A stretch of 64,000 nt of DNA from Podarcis filfolensis (taxonomy: Eukaryota). A model generated the notes under the pieces. The model made no database searches, was not told the origin of the DNA, and saw only the letters and a list, made by a program, of their open reading frames with translations. This document shows, piece after piece, positions 41,605-54,657 of this stretch. The stretch lies in NCBI GenBank assembly GCA_964270895.1, contig OZ185436.1; one strand, 5' to 3'. Made by a program: the position numbers and the translations under genes. Within the stretch, counting starts at the first letter, position 1. Each line of letters opens with the position of its first letter.

Positions 41605-41839
41605 CTGAGGAAGGAGCATGCGTGGTGGAGAATGGGCAAGGCAGAGGCACAAACAGCAGCAAGAGCAGGAGGAAGAGGAAGAAGAAAAGATGCAGCATCA
41701 ATTTAGCAGCTGGAGACAAAACTAAACAGGCCACATCAACCCAGTTTCTGCTGGAAGCAGCATCTCTTCAGGAAACAAAGCAGGTTTAGGCAAATACCAA
41801 AACTAACCGCATACGGGAGGGCCAAGAATGCAGCGACTG

Positions 41840-42423
41840 GGAGAACAGTGGTATTAGCTACCCCTCCCAGTTTGTTGTCATTTGCAAATTTGACGAGCAT
41901 CCCCTCTATTCCTTCATCCAAGTCATTTATAAAGATGTTGAACATCAACAAGCCCAGGACAGAAGTGCAGCACCTCACTTGTCACCTTTTCCCAGAATGA
42001 TGAGGAACCATGAGGGAGAACTCTTTGGGTTCAGTTATTCAACCAGCTACAAATCCACCTAACAGCTACCTCATCCAACCCACATCTTACCGGCTTCCCC
42101 GCAAGAATATGGGGGACTTAGTCAAAAGCCTTGCTGAAATCAAGATACGCTGTGTCCACAGCATTCCCCTTATTCACCAAGCTTGTAACTCCATAAAAAA
42201 AAGAAATAACTTGCTTTTGAGAAATCCATGCTGGGTCTTAGAAAAGGATGCGGGGATTACTAAGTGCTCACAGACTGACTGTTAAATTATCTGTTCTAGG
42301 ACATTCCTGGTATCATCAAGTTGACTGGTTGGTAGTTACCTGGGCCTACTTTTTCCACTTTTTGAAGATGGGGGGGGGGCAACATTTGTCCACCTCTAGT
42401 CCACAGGGACCTCACCTGTTCTG
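41840..42423 (-). mobile_element. CR1 LINE reverse transcriptase fragment
   Basis: Minus-strand translation VLGLLMFNIFINDLDEGIEGMLVKFANDNKLGGVANT matches the CR1 RT (F)ADD region, with degenerate upstream ORF2 sequence. Confidence 0.85.
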
Positions 42424-43223
42424 TCTGTAGCTAGCTGTTCCCTTACCATCTCTTCTCCTATCCAAAGCACTGCTTGTGCAGTTGGTCTTTCTCCCACTCT
42501 GTGTGCCCCCTAACTTTGTTCTAGGAGTTCCCCTCAATCCTGTGGAGCAGATTTGGGGAAAGTGTGCATGGGGGCGGGGGCTTGTATTTCACAAGTGGAA
42601 ATGCTTGTGCTGATGAGATGCTTTAGCCTGATAGCACCCAAAGATACAGTTCAGAAGTATAAGACTCTCTGAGTTAGGATTCTGCCTGCCCTAGAAATCT
42701 AGTTTATGGCAAAATAGTCCCTTCTTGGATAACAGGTTAGGAATTTGCTACTGTACTGCATTTTAAAGACCTTTTGCTTTCTGCATCTTTGCAGAGAACT
42801 AGGTGATTGGGAAACTACAACAGTAACAACCACAAAAGCTAATGGCAAGAGGAAGGGGCTAAATTTGATGTGTCAAAATGCAACTAGGAATGAGCTGAAT
42901 AGTATTCCTTTTCTCTGATGTCAGAGGAGAGCAGACAGGAGAGACAATTGCAGATAGCAGCAAAGCTAGAAGAAATAGCGGTTAGGTCTCATATGAAAAT
43001 GAAACACAGATTAAAGTTTATAAGCACAGATAGCAACCCAGTCTACAGATGAAATGGAGGTAGTATTAGCATAGATATGGATTACCCCAGTCACATTAAG
43101 CCATAGATGCAAATCCGAAGGAAGATTATAGCTATTGTTCAGCTGCCTCAACTAATCCCCTACCAACATAAACAAAGCGTTGGTTACCAGATAATGTACT
43201 GGAGTTTGCACCAGTGGATTTAC

Positions 43224-43272
43224 CTGAGTTGGAGTCTTGCTGTTTTTCTCTTGTTCGTCTTTTCTTTTTCCC
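43224..43272 (-). CDS. TCF7: TCF7 basic tail / NLS exon (49 nt)
   Basis: tctag|GGG...TCA G|gtaaat; GKKKRRTREKQQDSNS. Confidence 0.97.
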
Positions 43273-43842
43273 CTAGAATCAAAGAGAGAGAAAAGGGAGG
43301 GAGGGAGAACACAAATCATAAGTGAACAAATACAGGCATATCTTTCCAGAGGGAATAAGGGGGTTGTGGCCAAGGCTCCTACTTTCATCCCTTCCAAACT
43401 GCCTGCTTCATTTCTGAACACCATGGATTCTTGCTAATCTAGACCCCTTGTATGGTGTCCAATTGGCAATTGCAGATAGCACCCTCCCCCTAGTGGTCAA
43501 AACATGCTCTACAGGCAGTCAGGGACATGTTGTTTAAAAGGTACATCATTTTTACACAAATGCTTCTTCACACCGAAAGAAAACCACAAATGAGATGGAT
43601 CCACCTATTGCTTTAAACTCTTAATTCAGAAGTAACCCCTCATTAACTCATAGTGCAGCATTCTGCCCAGCCGGCTGAGAGTGGCACCAGCTTGGTAGAG
43701 CTTTTGACAGTCTGCCAATTCCAGACCTACATCTTGCAAGCAACAGTTTAGCTGATTTGGGGGAGGAGCCCCTGGGAACTATAGATGTAAAAGAAGGAAA
43801 AGCTACGATTACAGTTAAAGCAAGAAATCTCTCTCTGTGTGT

Positions 43843-43844
<2 letters not shown>

Positions 43845-43888
<44 letters not shown>
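43845..43888. repeat. (CA)n microsatellite
   Basis: Uninterrupted CA run. Confidence 0.95.
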
Positions 43889-43892
<4 letters not shown>

Positions 43893-46009
43893 CCCAACAT
43901 CAGTTAGTATTGGATGTTACTTGGGAACTCCCCTCCCCCCGGAGATTGGTTAGCTATTTATTATGGCTGAAATTAACATATGCTAAAGGCAGATTGCAAA
44001 TCTAAAAAGAGGTCAAAACAGAGAGCATGGGGAGGCCAGGGACCCTCCCCATAAATGGCCTCATACTGGTAGTTTATTCATTAAATTTTTATGCCATTCC
44101 TTTACAGTACACAAAAACAAAAAATCCCAAACTGCACTCTTGCTCATTGTCTCAGGTATTATGGTCCCTGACCATAGCTGGAACAAATTGGTATGAATCC
44201 AGCCCCCTTTTCATGCCTACCTGCACATAGATTGTCTCTGGCTTACATTTTGAAATACCGGAAAGACTGCCACTCTTCCCCACAGCTAGGATATATTGAG
44301 CTCATAGATGAGGATTGTGCCACAGTCTTTCCTGTGTCCCAAACAGAAAAAAGTGTGCTGCCACCATGGTGCAATGACCTGGCTTAAGGAGCGAACCTAA
44401 CTTTCTTTATGCACACACACCAGCCATCTGAACAAAGACCAGCTGCATTCTGTGCATATGTGAAGGAATGTATTTCCAGCAAAAGGTTGCTGTGCATGGG
44501 TGGAATAAAGTGGACAGTGATCTCATTTTCAGCAGGCTTGCAGCCTACACAAGTTACTTTATCAATGAAAAAGTTCTCTTTTAAAAATGTCTTTTAAGCG
44601 GGGGGAGAAATTGGACCGTATTTCAGGAACAGCACATGGAACATCATAGTTAAAAATGAGCTTTGGTCACCAAAGCAACTTGCCTTGAATGAAGAATAAT
44701 GTCAAAGTAACTATTACAAATAAAAGTGAGATCAACCTAAGGTCTGTTTTTCGTTATTCACATCTTTCTTGCACCAGCATTTGTGATGTCTTCATGCTAG
44801 CCTCAGATTTTTCTTGGGCACAGAAACTGCACTCACTAGCAGCTTGAAAAGTGCATAGTATTTGCAAGCTTGGGCAGCCTATTTCACTCAGAAGGAAATC
44901 CCTCAAGAGGACACTCGCTGTTGTAAACATGTTGAGGACTGCAGCTTTTTTGTTTTCACTTCCAGAGACGAGATTGCAAACATGGAGCACAACAAAGCCT
45001 TTTCCATTTTAAGTTCAAACAGTGTTTAAACATGTTTGTCATTAGCGAGGCACAAAAACCGCTTCACTGATGAAAGCAGGCAAAATCAAACCAGATTGTC
45101 TTTCCTTACACTCCTCTCCATATAGTATTGATTTTGCTTGCATTGGGAGGCCTACATTATTACGCAGCTGCCCAACACTACAATTAAAACATAATGCTGG
45201 TGGCAGTTACTGTCTTACAAGCTCTGTGCCAGCGTTGGCTGTAAGATGGAAACATGTTTTAAATCCATGTGTATGGTTTTGGGAAACTGTCTTGAGTTGC
45301 CACATACAGTTTTTGGACTGCCTCTCCAATGCTGAAAATCCATTCTAACATTTTAAGACAGCTAGTGGTGGTATCCTTATGGACATTTCCCATTGGAATG
45401 GCCGTGGGGTTTTGCATATCTGAATGCTTCCCTACATCAAATGTTGCAGCACATGGAAAGCTAGCATGACAAGGAACAAGGTTCTAGCCAAGTGTTCTCT
45501 CTGATGTACGAGCTTTCTACTTGCATTTGATTTTTGATGTGCTCCTCCACTGGCCTTGAGTTCTAAAGACGGCACGGCACATTATGCTCTAACCTGAAAG
45601 CCCAACTGCTGCTGCTTCTGTGCAAACTGGGCTAGAGGGCACCATTTGCAATAGAGGAGCTTTGGGCAGGAGAAGAGCACTTCACCCTTCCCTTCCTTCA
45701 GCTGCCCCTTAGCTGCATCTGCTTTCTCCCATTTCCAGGCTCAGGACACACGTTTGCAGCAGAAACACTGGACGGGGTAAAAGCAGCTTGCTGAGTTGCA
45801 GAGGAAAACAGACTAGTGGAAAGTTAAAACACCTTCCTCCTTCCAGAGCTGCTCTGTTGCAAATTGCGCCCCTCATTCTTTGCACAGGAGAAACGGAAGA
45901 TAAAAAGCCAAGTCAGAGCTTGATGTCCTGCACCAAATAACAGGCATAAGGAGGCCTTGACTGTTGGCTGCAGTCAAGGAAGACGGCGCATCGAGCTGTT
46001 TCTCCTGTG

Positions 46010-46176
46010 GGAACATAGGAAGCTGCCTTATACAGTACTGAATCAGACTGCACTGACTTGGCAGCTCTGCAAGATTTAAGACAGGTGGTCTCTCCCAGCC
46101 CTACCTAGAGTTGCCAGGGATTGAATCTGGGACAGCCTGCATTCAAAGAAGGTGCTCTGCCACTGAGCCACGATCC
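46010..46176 (-). mobile_element. tRNA-derived SINE (Squam3-like)
   Basis: Minus head ggatcgtggctcagtggcagagcacc...caggttcaatccctggc; tail ...aaggcagcttcctatgttcc. Confidence 0.7.
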
Positions 46177-47538
46177 TTCCCCTAAGAAAAGCTCAGGTCC
46201 TCCTGCCACCAGTCACCAAGAAGAACCAAAAGCCAGATTTCTAGCTGCTTTACCAACTGCTTCCACCAGAAAGCATCAACTACCAGTAGGCGAGAGGGGA
46301 ACCAGTACCAGACTCTCCCATTAGCCTTTTGGATTAATACAACAATTGCTCTGTTTACTATTGCTCTCCCTGGGGGTAGGGTGGGCTACAAAACATGCAT
46401 GACTCTGACAGCCTGAATAAGTTACTAGGATGGGGGAAGGCAGAAGTCCTATGGATAGACTTCTGGAGAGTCCCTTCAGGCTTCCTCTTTTTCAGTTTCG
46501 CTGAGGCAAAAAGCCAAGGTGGCTTATCCATGTACACCCCGCGTGGGAATGGAATTCAGTTAAGGAAGGGGGTTAGAATGCATGGGCTGTCACCTTAGTG
46601 CACAAGCTGACTAGCAAAAGCCACAGGTAAGACAAAATCCTGGCATGGACAGTAGTATCTTAAGAGAGGCAATATGTATGTGCAAGACACACAAACCTTC
46701 ACAACCCATGATCATTACCAGATGCTGGGGACAAGCAAAGGGATGGGCACCAACTTCATGCCTTGCTTGTGGGTTTCCTGGAGGGCTCTGCCTGGCCACT
46801 GCTGGAAACTAAGATGCTGGACCAGATGGACCTTTGTTGGTTGGATCCAGAAAGAGCAACCCCATTGTTATTAAAAAATATATTCATGCAATGACACCTC
46901 AAATCAGTAGAGTCTGCATTATTTCCTTGTGGGATGCAAACAATCCATCCTTTGTCTACTTTGCTGCATCCAATTCAAATTTAAATAAAATAATGTCCGC
47001 AGCATTTGCAGCTCAGAAGGCTGATTGTGTTCAAAATGAAATTGCCACTCCAAAAAAAATAAATAAATCTTGATGGTCACCTTTGACCACGTGCAAAGCC
47101 AATACGTTCCAGGTCATGGGTGCATTGTTTTTACTGCTTTTAAAGGAAAGCCACACTGTCCAACCTGCAAACCCTCAATTTATTTGTTCTGTTCTGTGCA
47201 AGCGTTTTCCTGAAACCAATGCTCCCAAGGGCAATGGTTTGTTTTTGAAGCTGATCAGATATTAACGACCTATTTGCCTAAAAAAAGGAAAGTGCTGTCA
47301 TGAAGCGTCCACTCGCTTCACTGATGCACAAGCTCGCCACAAGCACACATAGCCCACTGATTGTTTCCCTTCAACTCAACAAATTCCACAGCCAATGAGC
47401 AATTCTATGGCCATGGAAAAGCTCAGGGCTCCTGGAATTCTGCAGCCAACGCTGGGTTAGGTGGATGCATGAGTGGCAGATGGTTACAGACTCTCACTGC
47501 CGTAATGCAGAAGGACATTCGCTGCAGAATTCGCTTAC

Positions 47539-47631
47539 CCTTGCCGCGGAAACCGGCCCCGAGGTGCTGCTGAATTCCAGGGGCCCTGAGTTAAACTTTG
47601 TGTGATCACGGGACGAAGAGCCTGAAGAAGA
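47539..47631 (-). CDS. Candidate alternative TCF7 cassette exon (93 nt, phase 0-0; second acceptor gives 83 nt)
   Basis: Branch-like ttaac, polypyrimidine tract and cag acceptor; donor AGG|gtaagc; open frame SSSGSSSRDHTKFNSGPLEFSSTSGPVSAAR; locally CpG-retaining. No transcript evidence. Confidence 0.5.
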
Positions 47632-47890
47632 CTGAAGAGCAAGGGGGAAAGCGTTAAAAGAGCAGCTGCGGGGAGCACTGAAACAATGCACCAAATACGT
47701 ACACAAAGCACATCAGGAAGCAGACAGAAAAACAACCTAGCAGAGAGCCTATACAGAGAACAGCACCCCAGCCCAGCTAATTCAAACAAGCCATTTGTGC
47801 AGCTGAAAAGGAACCTTGGAAACTATAAGCACCTCGAGTCACAAAATGGCAGATGAATTTTGAAGGCCTTGGAGGGAAGAAGCAGACATA

Positions 47891-48114
47891 CAGTGGTACC
47901 TCGGGTTACATACGCTTCAAGTTACAGACTCCGCTAACCCAGAAATATTACCTCGGGTTAAGAACTTTGCTTCAGGATAAGAACAGAAATCGTGCTCCGG
48001 TGGCGCAGCGGCAGCAGGAGGCCCCATTAGCTAAAGTGGTGTTTCAGGTTAAGTAGTTTCAGGTTAAGAACGGACCTCCGGAACGAATTAAGTTCTTAAC
48101 CTGAGGTACCACTG
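47891..48114. mobile_element. Tc1/mariner-type MITE, copy 5 (same subfamily as copy 1)
   Basis: TA|CAGTGGTACCTCGGGTTACATACGCTTCA ... CCTGAGGTACCACTG|TA. Confidence 0.85.
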
Positions 48115-51100
48115 TACATTTATTTTCTTTTTTTAACCATTGGGTATTTACTATTTTGGGTCACATCTGATGTAAAAAATAGTAACAGTACTGTGGGTTT
48201 ACAGACAGAATAGTTGTAGCCAGCTAGCAGGTCACCTCTGCTTAGTCTTCACACACCATGAAGCACCTCTTGAAAATCCTGCAGATACTTAGGAGGGGCC
48301 AAAACACACACCAAACCTCAAGTGGGCCACATCCCACGGTGCACTTCTGGGAAGGGCTTTTGATCCAGCAGAAGCTTTTGCTAATGGAAAAGTAGAATTT
48401 TTGCTGATTCCCCCTGCAGCCTCCTCAATGTCACTCCCTGCCCCCATTCTAGAAGGAGGTGAAGGAGGCATCAACACACTAAGGGCTCATCCACACTCCC
48501 ACTTCTCCCATGCCCAGAAAGCACAGGTTAGAGCAGTTTCCCCCTTGCCCCACTCCTTTTCTAGGGGAAACCTGCTCTTTAAATTGGATTGAGTGTGGCC
48601 ATGCACAGCTGCAGTTCATGTACAGGATTTCCCTGTGGATTGTGAATCCATGTTGATTCCCCCACCCTCTGCTGTGCTTGGCACATTTTCCATCAGGTTG
48701 TTTTTATCTCCAGAAGACTTGGAAAGTCTTCTGCTGACCAACCCTTTTAGTGAACATCACTTTTTAATAACATATAGAAAGAGTACTGGGAAATGATGCC
48801 CTTATATTTGTTCTTAATAAAACTACATTTTGGGACTTTAATATTTCTTTACTTAAAAACACACACAAAAACAAAACAAAACACAAAGCAGCAGCCTAAC
48901 AGAAATGTCTTCAAATAAGATGCGTCAATGGAGAGCTATTAGGAAAGAGTATTAGAAAAGTAGCCATAGCAACACAAGAGCAAGAGACCATGCATTAATT
49001 AAGGAAGCCTTTTTGCAAAAGACTTAAGACATTTAGGCTGGTGTTTTCAGTGAGCGGAATCCAACGTTGCATGAACAGATGTCTGCTAATGCCGCTGAAC
49101 TTTGTCTTCCTCTCTTCCCCCCTGCAGTCCCCTATGAACCCTCAAAATCTGGCTGGAACATCCCCATGGGTTACAGAACCAATTTGAGGGTGTGTAGAGG
49201 GCTGCAGGGGGAAGGAAATGAAGGTGAAGTTTCGTTGCACATGCAGAAGTCTGTTCAATTTGCACATGGACAGAGTTAGATGCAACCCCGTTATTTCACC
49301 CCTATGTCCAGGGGTGTCAACTTGAATAAAATACATGAGAAGAACAGGTAAGTGCCTTTGGCCGATTAATATTCTACAGCCTTTAAAAAGTGCCTGTGGG
49401 AAGTGGGGGTTAATATTTTGCTGTTTGTTTTACTTATTTACTTGCTTTTTATCCTGTATTTTATTCTGTGAACTGCCCTGAGATCTTACGATGAAAGGCG
49501 GTATATAATAAAATCAATCAATCAATCACATGATGCGGTGCACACACGCTACTTGAATGGCAATGTCCATCAACTTTGGGGCAAATAGTTGGCTCCTTTG
49601 CACGTATCTGTTGTTTTCCTCAGCAATTATTAAAGAAACGCCACTCAGTGCTTTCATTGGTTCAGTCACTGAATATGTGTCATCAAGGATTGTTAGAAAG
49701 ATGTTGGAAAAAGAAAATTAGGTGGTTTTGGCAGAAATGATATAAAGGATTAAGTAAAAATGAACTGATGAAATTGATGAAAGAGAGAGCGCAAAATTAC
49801 AATATATTAAAATAAATTATTAAGGTTAAAAAAAAGGCTGGAAGGATTTGCTGAAAGGAAAAATTTTGAACTAGAATACAAAAATGGGAGGTGTGAGGAG
49901 GTCAAGGAAATAAGTAAAAGAAGAAAGTTATGTAAAAAAAAAAAGAATATGTGTCATCCTTTGCTTTCTCATGAGTTGCTTCACAAGCTTCGTGAACAAA
50001 GCTGGCTTGGGAGTCATGGCTGCTGGTGGGGTTGCTGTTTTAGACCTGCAAACGTTTAAATACAACTCCTTGTACTCTACGTAAAGGTAGAAAAGCTCCT
50101 AAGTGTGGGAGTGAATTCATTTCCTGCCTGACAAGTCATATGATGGCAAGCTGACCTAAATTCTTCCTTCTCCTCCTCCTCCCTTCAGGGATAGAGCTTA
50201 ACAGTCAGTGTGGGCAGGGTGGCAGAGACATTCCCAAAGCAGCTGCTTCCTGGCTTCCAGCATAAGCACTTTTGGGCCTGGGCCTAGTCTACTCCTAAGC
50301 CTTCCCATTGACTGTTCATTTGACAGGGGAGGGAAACATGCAGTGCCCAGAAGTCAGGCAGTCACTTTCACGAACTGATTTCCTTATATTAAGCCAGCCC
50401 ACATCACTGGTCTTGTTGCTCTGAGGCAGAACACTCAGTCCTTCGAGGTTAAATACTGTAACTCGGGGTCCCTCAACCTTGTTATGGCTGTGGATTCTCC
50501 AATATATGTTTGAGAAATTGCCAGGGGTGCCATTGCAAAACGGGCATTCGCTGATGTTTTGCCGCTGCAACAAAGCAGCTCTCCAAAGCCACAGAAGATA
50601 AAGTGGCAAATCTCAGCAACAAAGCAACTTGCTCAAGAAACCTGAGTACAAGGTGGCAATCCTATGCATGCATACAGGGGAGTAAATTCCATTGAATTTT
50701 GTCCCCTTTGCCCCACATTTCACTCTGTAGTCTTTCCCAACTCTGCTAGCTGAGAAGCTTCAACTGAACATATCTAGAGTTGGACCTGAAAGTTCTCCCA
50801 TGCAAAAATTCTTGCATGTGGCCACTTGACCTATTGGCCCTGCCAGATATCCTTTTAATTGCACATTCATGTTGGGGTGGCCATATGCAAACGTCTGCAA
50901 AAGTTCTGGGGGAGTAATATTATGTTGGAAGCCACACAGAGTAGCTCGGGCAACCCAGTCAGATGGATGGGGTATAAAAAATTAACAACAACAGCAGCAG
51001 TAATGATGATGCTTCATTTTCAATCAGTGCATATCCTGTAACTTCCTGCTGAAATCAAATAACTTTCCATAGCATGAATATTCTAGGTTTCTTTTTCTTA

Positions 51101-52090
51101 TCCCACTTTTGCTGCAGTGTATACGGTCCCTTCCAGACAGCAATAATGGGATGGAATTGCAGAACAAGGAAAGCATAATACATCTACTGTAATCAACACA
51201 TAGAATAATATACCCGAAAGATAACACCAGTCTAGAGGATCTCTTTGATCACCTCTCCTCTTATCCCTGGGATGAGGATTTGGGATCCCAAGCAATACAC
51301 CACTACTTCACGGGCATTTTAAGGTGAACACTTAAAGGGTAATATGTTGGCGAAACTAGATGATACAAGGTAGATGTGTAAACGGTCTCTCAAAAATGAA
51401 AAGCAAACAGGTGAAGCTGAGCAGAGGGCCATCTATTACCTGCAAACAGGCTCCCTCCAGTGGCAAAAAAATAAAAACAACAGAGAATGGGGCCAGGTTG
51501 TTGCCCAACGCTTACTCTCTGCCAGTTCCCAGAGCAGGCTATTTATAAATTAATCTAAATAGGGAATGGTGAAAAAGTTGAAAGGAAACATCTTAGAAGA
51601 AAACCATCTGGCTAAAACACTTGAGGAAACGATATGCAAAATCCTCATTTTACATTTAGCTAGATGATTCCAGGCTAAGCTAGTTGCATATCTGCATGGA
51701 GGAAAAGATTTGAATTCAGAAATTCTGGGGGACCCTGAGCAGATCTCTGGATGATTTGCAATCGCTGGAGCAAGGATTTCTGACTCTCAATTATTTAACA
51801 GCAACCTGACTTTTGCTAAATCCGGCTGCTGAAGTAAAGGAAGCTAACCGTGTGGGTGGACTTCTGCGTAAAAGGGAATGTGAACCTGGTTCAGTTCTGG
51901 CACTGAAAACAAATTCCTAGGCTCAGAAAGTGCTCAGTACCCTGTTCTTTAAGGCTAACTATATGTTTCTTGCACAGTAGCCACCAAGCACCAGAGATCT
52001 TCCTACTCTTGCTCTAGGCTCACATGCTGCGAAACTACCACCCATGTTGGCATGCACCTGATAGGAAGAGAATGATGCACAGGAGCCAAA

Positions 52091-52254
52091 GGGCCATAGC
52101 TCCGTGGTAGAGCATCTGCTTGCATGCAGGTCTCTGGTTTGATTCCCAGCACCTCCAGGTAGACCTTGGAGAGACCCCTCCTAGCCTGTTGGTGTAGGCA
52201 ATACTGAGCAAGATGGACCAGTGGTCCGACTCGGAATAAGACAGCTGCCTATGT
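52091..52254 (+). mobile_element. tRNA-derived SINE (Squam3-like)
   Basis: gggccatagctccgtggtagagcatctgc...ggtttgattcccagc (A/B boxes); tail ...aagacagctgcctatgt. Older pieces at about 6906-6960, 11800-11982 and 60480-60600. Confidence 0.75.
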
Positions 52255-52444
52255 AAATTTGGTGACATGCGCTTGTGCAGGAAGTTGGGATGTAGAGCTA
52301 CCTGACAATGGAGCACAAACTGCGTTTGCGGGGTGCTGAGTCTACAGGGAAGATGCATGCAGACAGCCCTGCCCAGCCAACTACAGGCTTTTAAACACTG
52401 CAGCTGCACTCTGGGGTGGAAAAGCAGCTCACAGAGTTGGCACA

Positions 52445-52595
52445 TAATAATAATAATATGATTTATTTATACCCCGTCCATCTGGCTAGGCCTCCTCAGC
52501 CACTCTGGGCAGCTCCCAACAGAATATTATTATTAGTAATAATAAAAAGTGGTAAAACATCAAACATTAAAAACTTCCCTAAATGTATACAGGGC
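52445..52595 (-). mobile_element. LINE (L2-type) 3' end fragment
   Basis: ttatttataccccgtccatctggct...cagccactctgggc; the same motif recurs at about 12490-12606, 40288-40365 and 60050-60092. Confidence 0.6.
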
Positions 52596-52899
52596 TCATT
52601 GATGGGCACATGCCCCATAATTGCATGTTCATGTGCATTGACAAGTTACGAGGAGGGTGTGGGAAGCCCTTTCTTAAAAAATTTAAAATTTCAACGCTGC
52701 CAACCAGGCATGCATCAACGAAAACAACTTGGATGAACCTCTTTTAATGAGATATAAGCTCTCACATATGGTGGTTTTTTTGGGGGGGTGGGACAGACAG
52801 GAAGTACAGTTGCAAACTGCAACTTCCTTTCCCAATTGTCTCTCAAATTTAAAGCAAAGAAGTGTTGGCCTGGCAGGACCACTAGAAACAGGTACAGAC

Positions 52900-53115
52900 A
52901 GAGTGCTGTAGTGGTTAGAGTGCTGAGTCTATGACCCGAGAGACCAGGGTTCAAATCTCTATCTTCTGCCACTAAACTCACTGGGTGTGAACTTAGGCCA
53001 GTGGCCAACTCCCAGCCCAAACTACCTCAAAGGGTTGTTGTGAGGGTAATATGGAAACGGAGAGCCATGTATACACCACTTTGAATTCCTTGGAGGAGAG
53101 GTGGGATACAAATTT
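52900..53115 (+). mobile_element. MIR-like tRNA-derived SINE, old
   Basis: gtagtggttagagtgctg...agggttcaaatct (A/B boxes) and core-like cctcaaagggttgttgtgaggg. Confidence 0.6.
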
Positions 53116-54407
53116 GATAAATGTATGATAGAATGAAGGCAAATCAATGAACTGTAGAGTTCAAAGAAGCTTGGATGATGCTGGGTTCACTCAGACAGCC
53201 TCCTAAACCCCCAAGATCTTTGGCACACATTTCAGAAAGAGAAGGGAACTATCAAATTTGAAGTATTTGCTTCAGTTCAGCTATCAGCCGACATTTGGGC
53301 AGTATTTGCCTTCTTTAAATCCTGGGCTTTTGTCACCTTCCTTGGATGGGATCAGAAGAGGCAATGGAAGCAAACAGGACCTAGCAATGTGAACCTGGGA
53401 AATGCAAAATGCAGAGTCAGCATGAGCCAAAAGCAAACGCGGAACATGATGTTGGGGCAAGCCGTGAACAAGATGGATTGAGCAATATTAATCTCTCGCC
53501 TGGTAAGTGTATGATCATGTCAAACAAAAGTTAAGTATGACATATCACCCAAGAGAGAATACATGTTTATTTGCATTGATATAATTAAGAGCTCTAAGAC
53601 AAATATGGGTGTGGTTATTATTATTAGCTGCGAGTCTCTTCTCTCTGTGCATTTTAATTTCTCTTGAGGGCCTTTTTTCTGATGACCATAAATCTAGTGC
53701 AAGCTCATATAAATTAAAAAGAAACCACTGCTTATTACCTCACAGCTTTCCTGCCTATTTCGCACTGTGAGCACCTGGAGACAGACAGTAGGAAAGTGGG
53801 TATTACCATGAACTTCTAAACAGGGAGTGCAAACCCTCAAACTAAAGTGTCTCCACAGTGTAAACAGATAAATTACTAGTTATGAAACAGACCCTTAATA
53901 TGCTAAGTTTCAATCAAACAAGAAACTGAATATATTGGAGTCACACCTCATTAGCAGTTGTTGCACTTTGATTCCTTTGGCCAGCTCCAGATGTTGGACA
54001 TTTGCCGGGGGCTCAAGCCCAACATGGAGGAGACCACTGCCCAGACAGTACTACCTTTCCCACTTTGCAAAGAGTATCCAAAAAGATCCGATGCAGCATT
54101 AAGAGAATTCTCAGTTTTTATGTGCTGCCTCTTCAGGGTTAAGGCGGCTTACTGATGGCTGCATGGCTCAGGGCCCTCATATCCTGAAACCAACACTATT
54201 TAATATGATGATAATAATAAAAACCATATTTTTCCACTACTATCTTGCCTACTACAATTTAAAGAAGGGCAAAAAGGGGAGGGGGAGAAAGAGATCAGAG
54301 ATTAAAAGTTTAGGAGAAATGTTTTTGGATGTTGTGTTTAGCTAGCAAGGAGGGAGGCATACAGAGCACAAGGGCCTCTGAGACCCATAGAAAGAGGGGA
54401 TGCAAAG

Positions 54408-54657
54408 AAGTAGAAGAAAATAAGAGTTTGGACTTGATATCCTGCCTTTCACTCCCCTTAAGGAGTCTCAAAGCGGCTAACATTCTCCTTTCCCTTCCTC
54501 CCCCACAACAAACACTCTGTGAGGTGAGTGGGGCTGAGAGACTTCAGAGAAGTGTGACTGGCCCAAGGTCACCCAGCAGCTGCATGTGGAGGAGCGGAGA
54601 CGCAAACCCGGTTCCCCAGATTACGAGTCTACCGCTCTAAGCACTACACCACACAGG
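54408..54657 (-). mobile_element. tRNA-derived SINE (Squam2-like), young
   Basis: Minus head gtgtggtgtagtgcttagagcggtagactcgtaatctggggaaccgggtttgcg; MIR-core-like body; (TTC)n-like tail. Confidence 0.75.
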
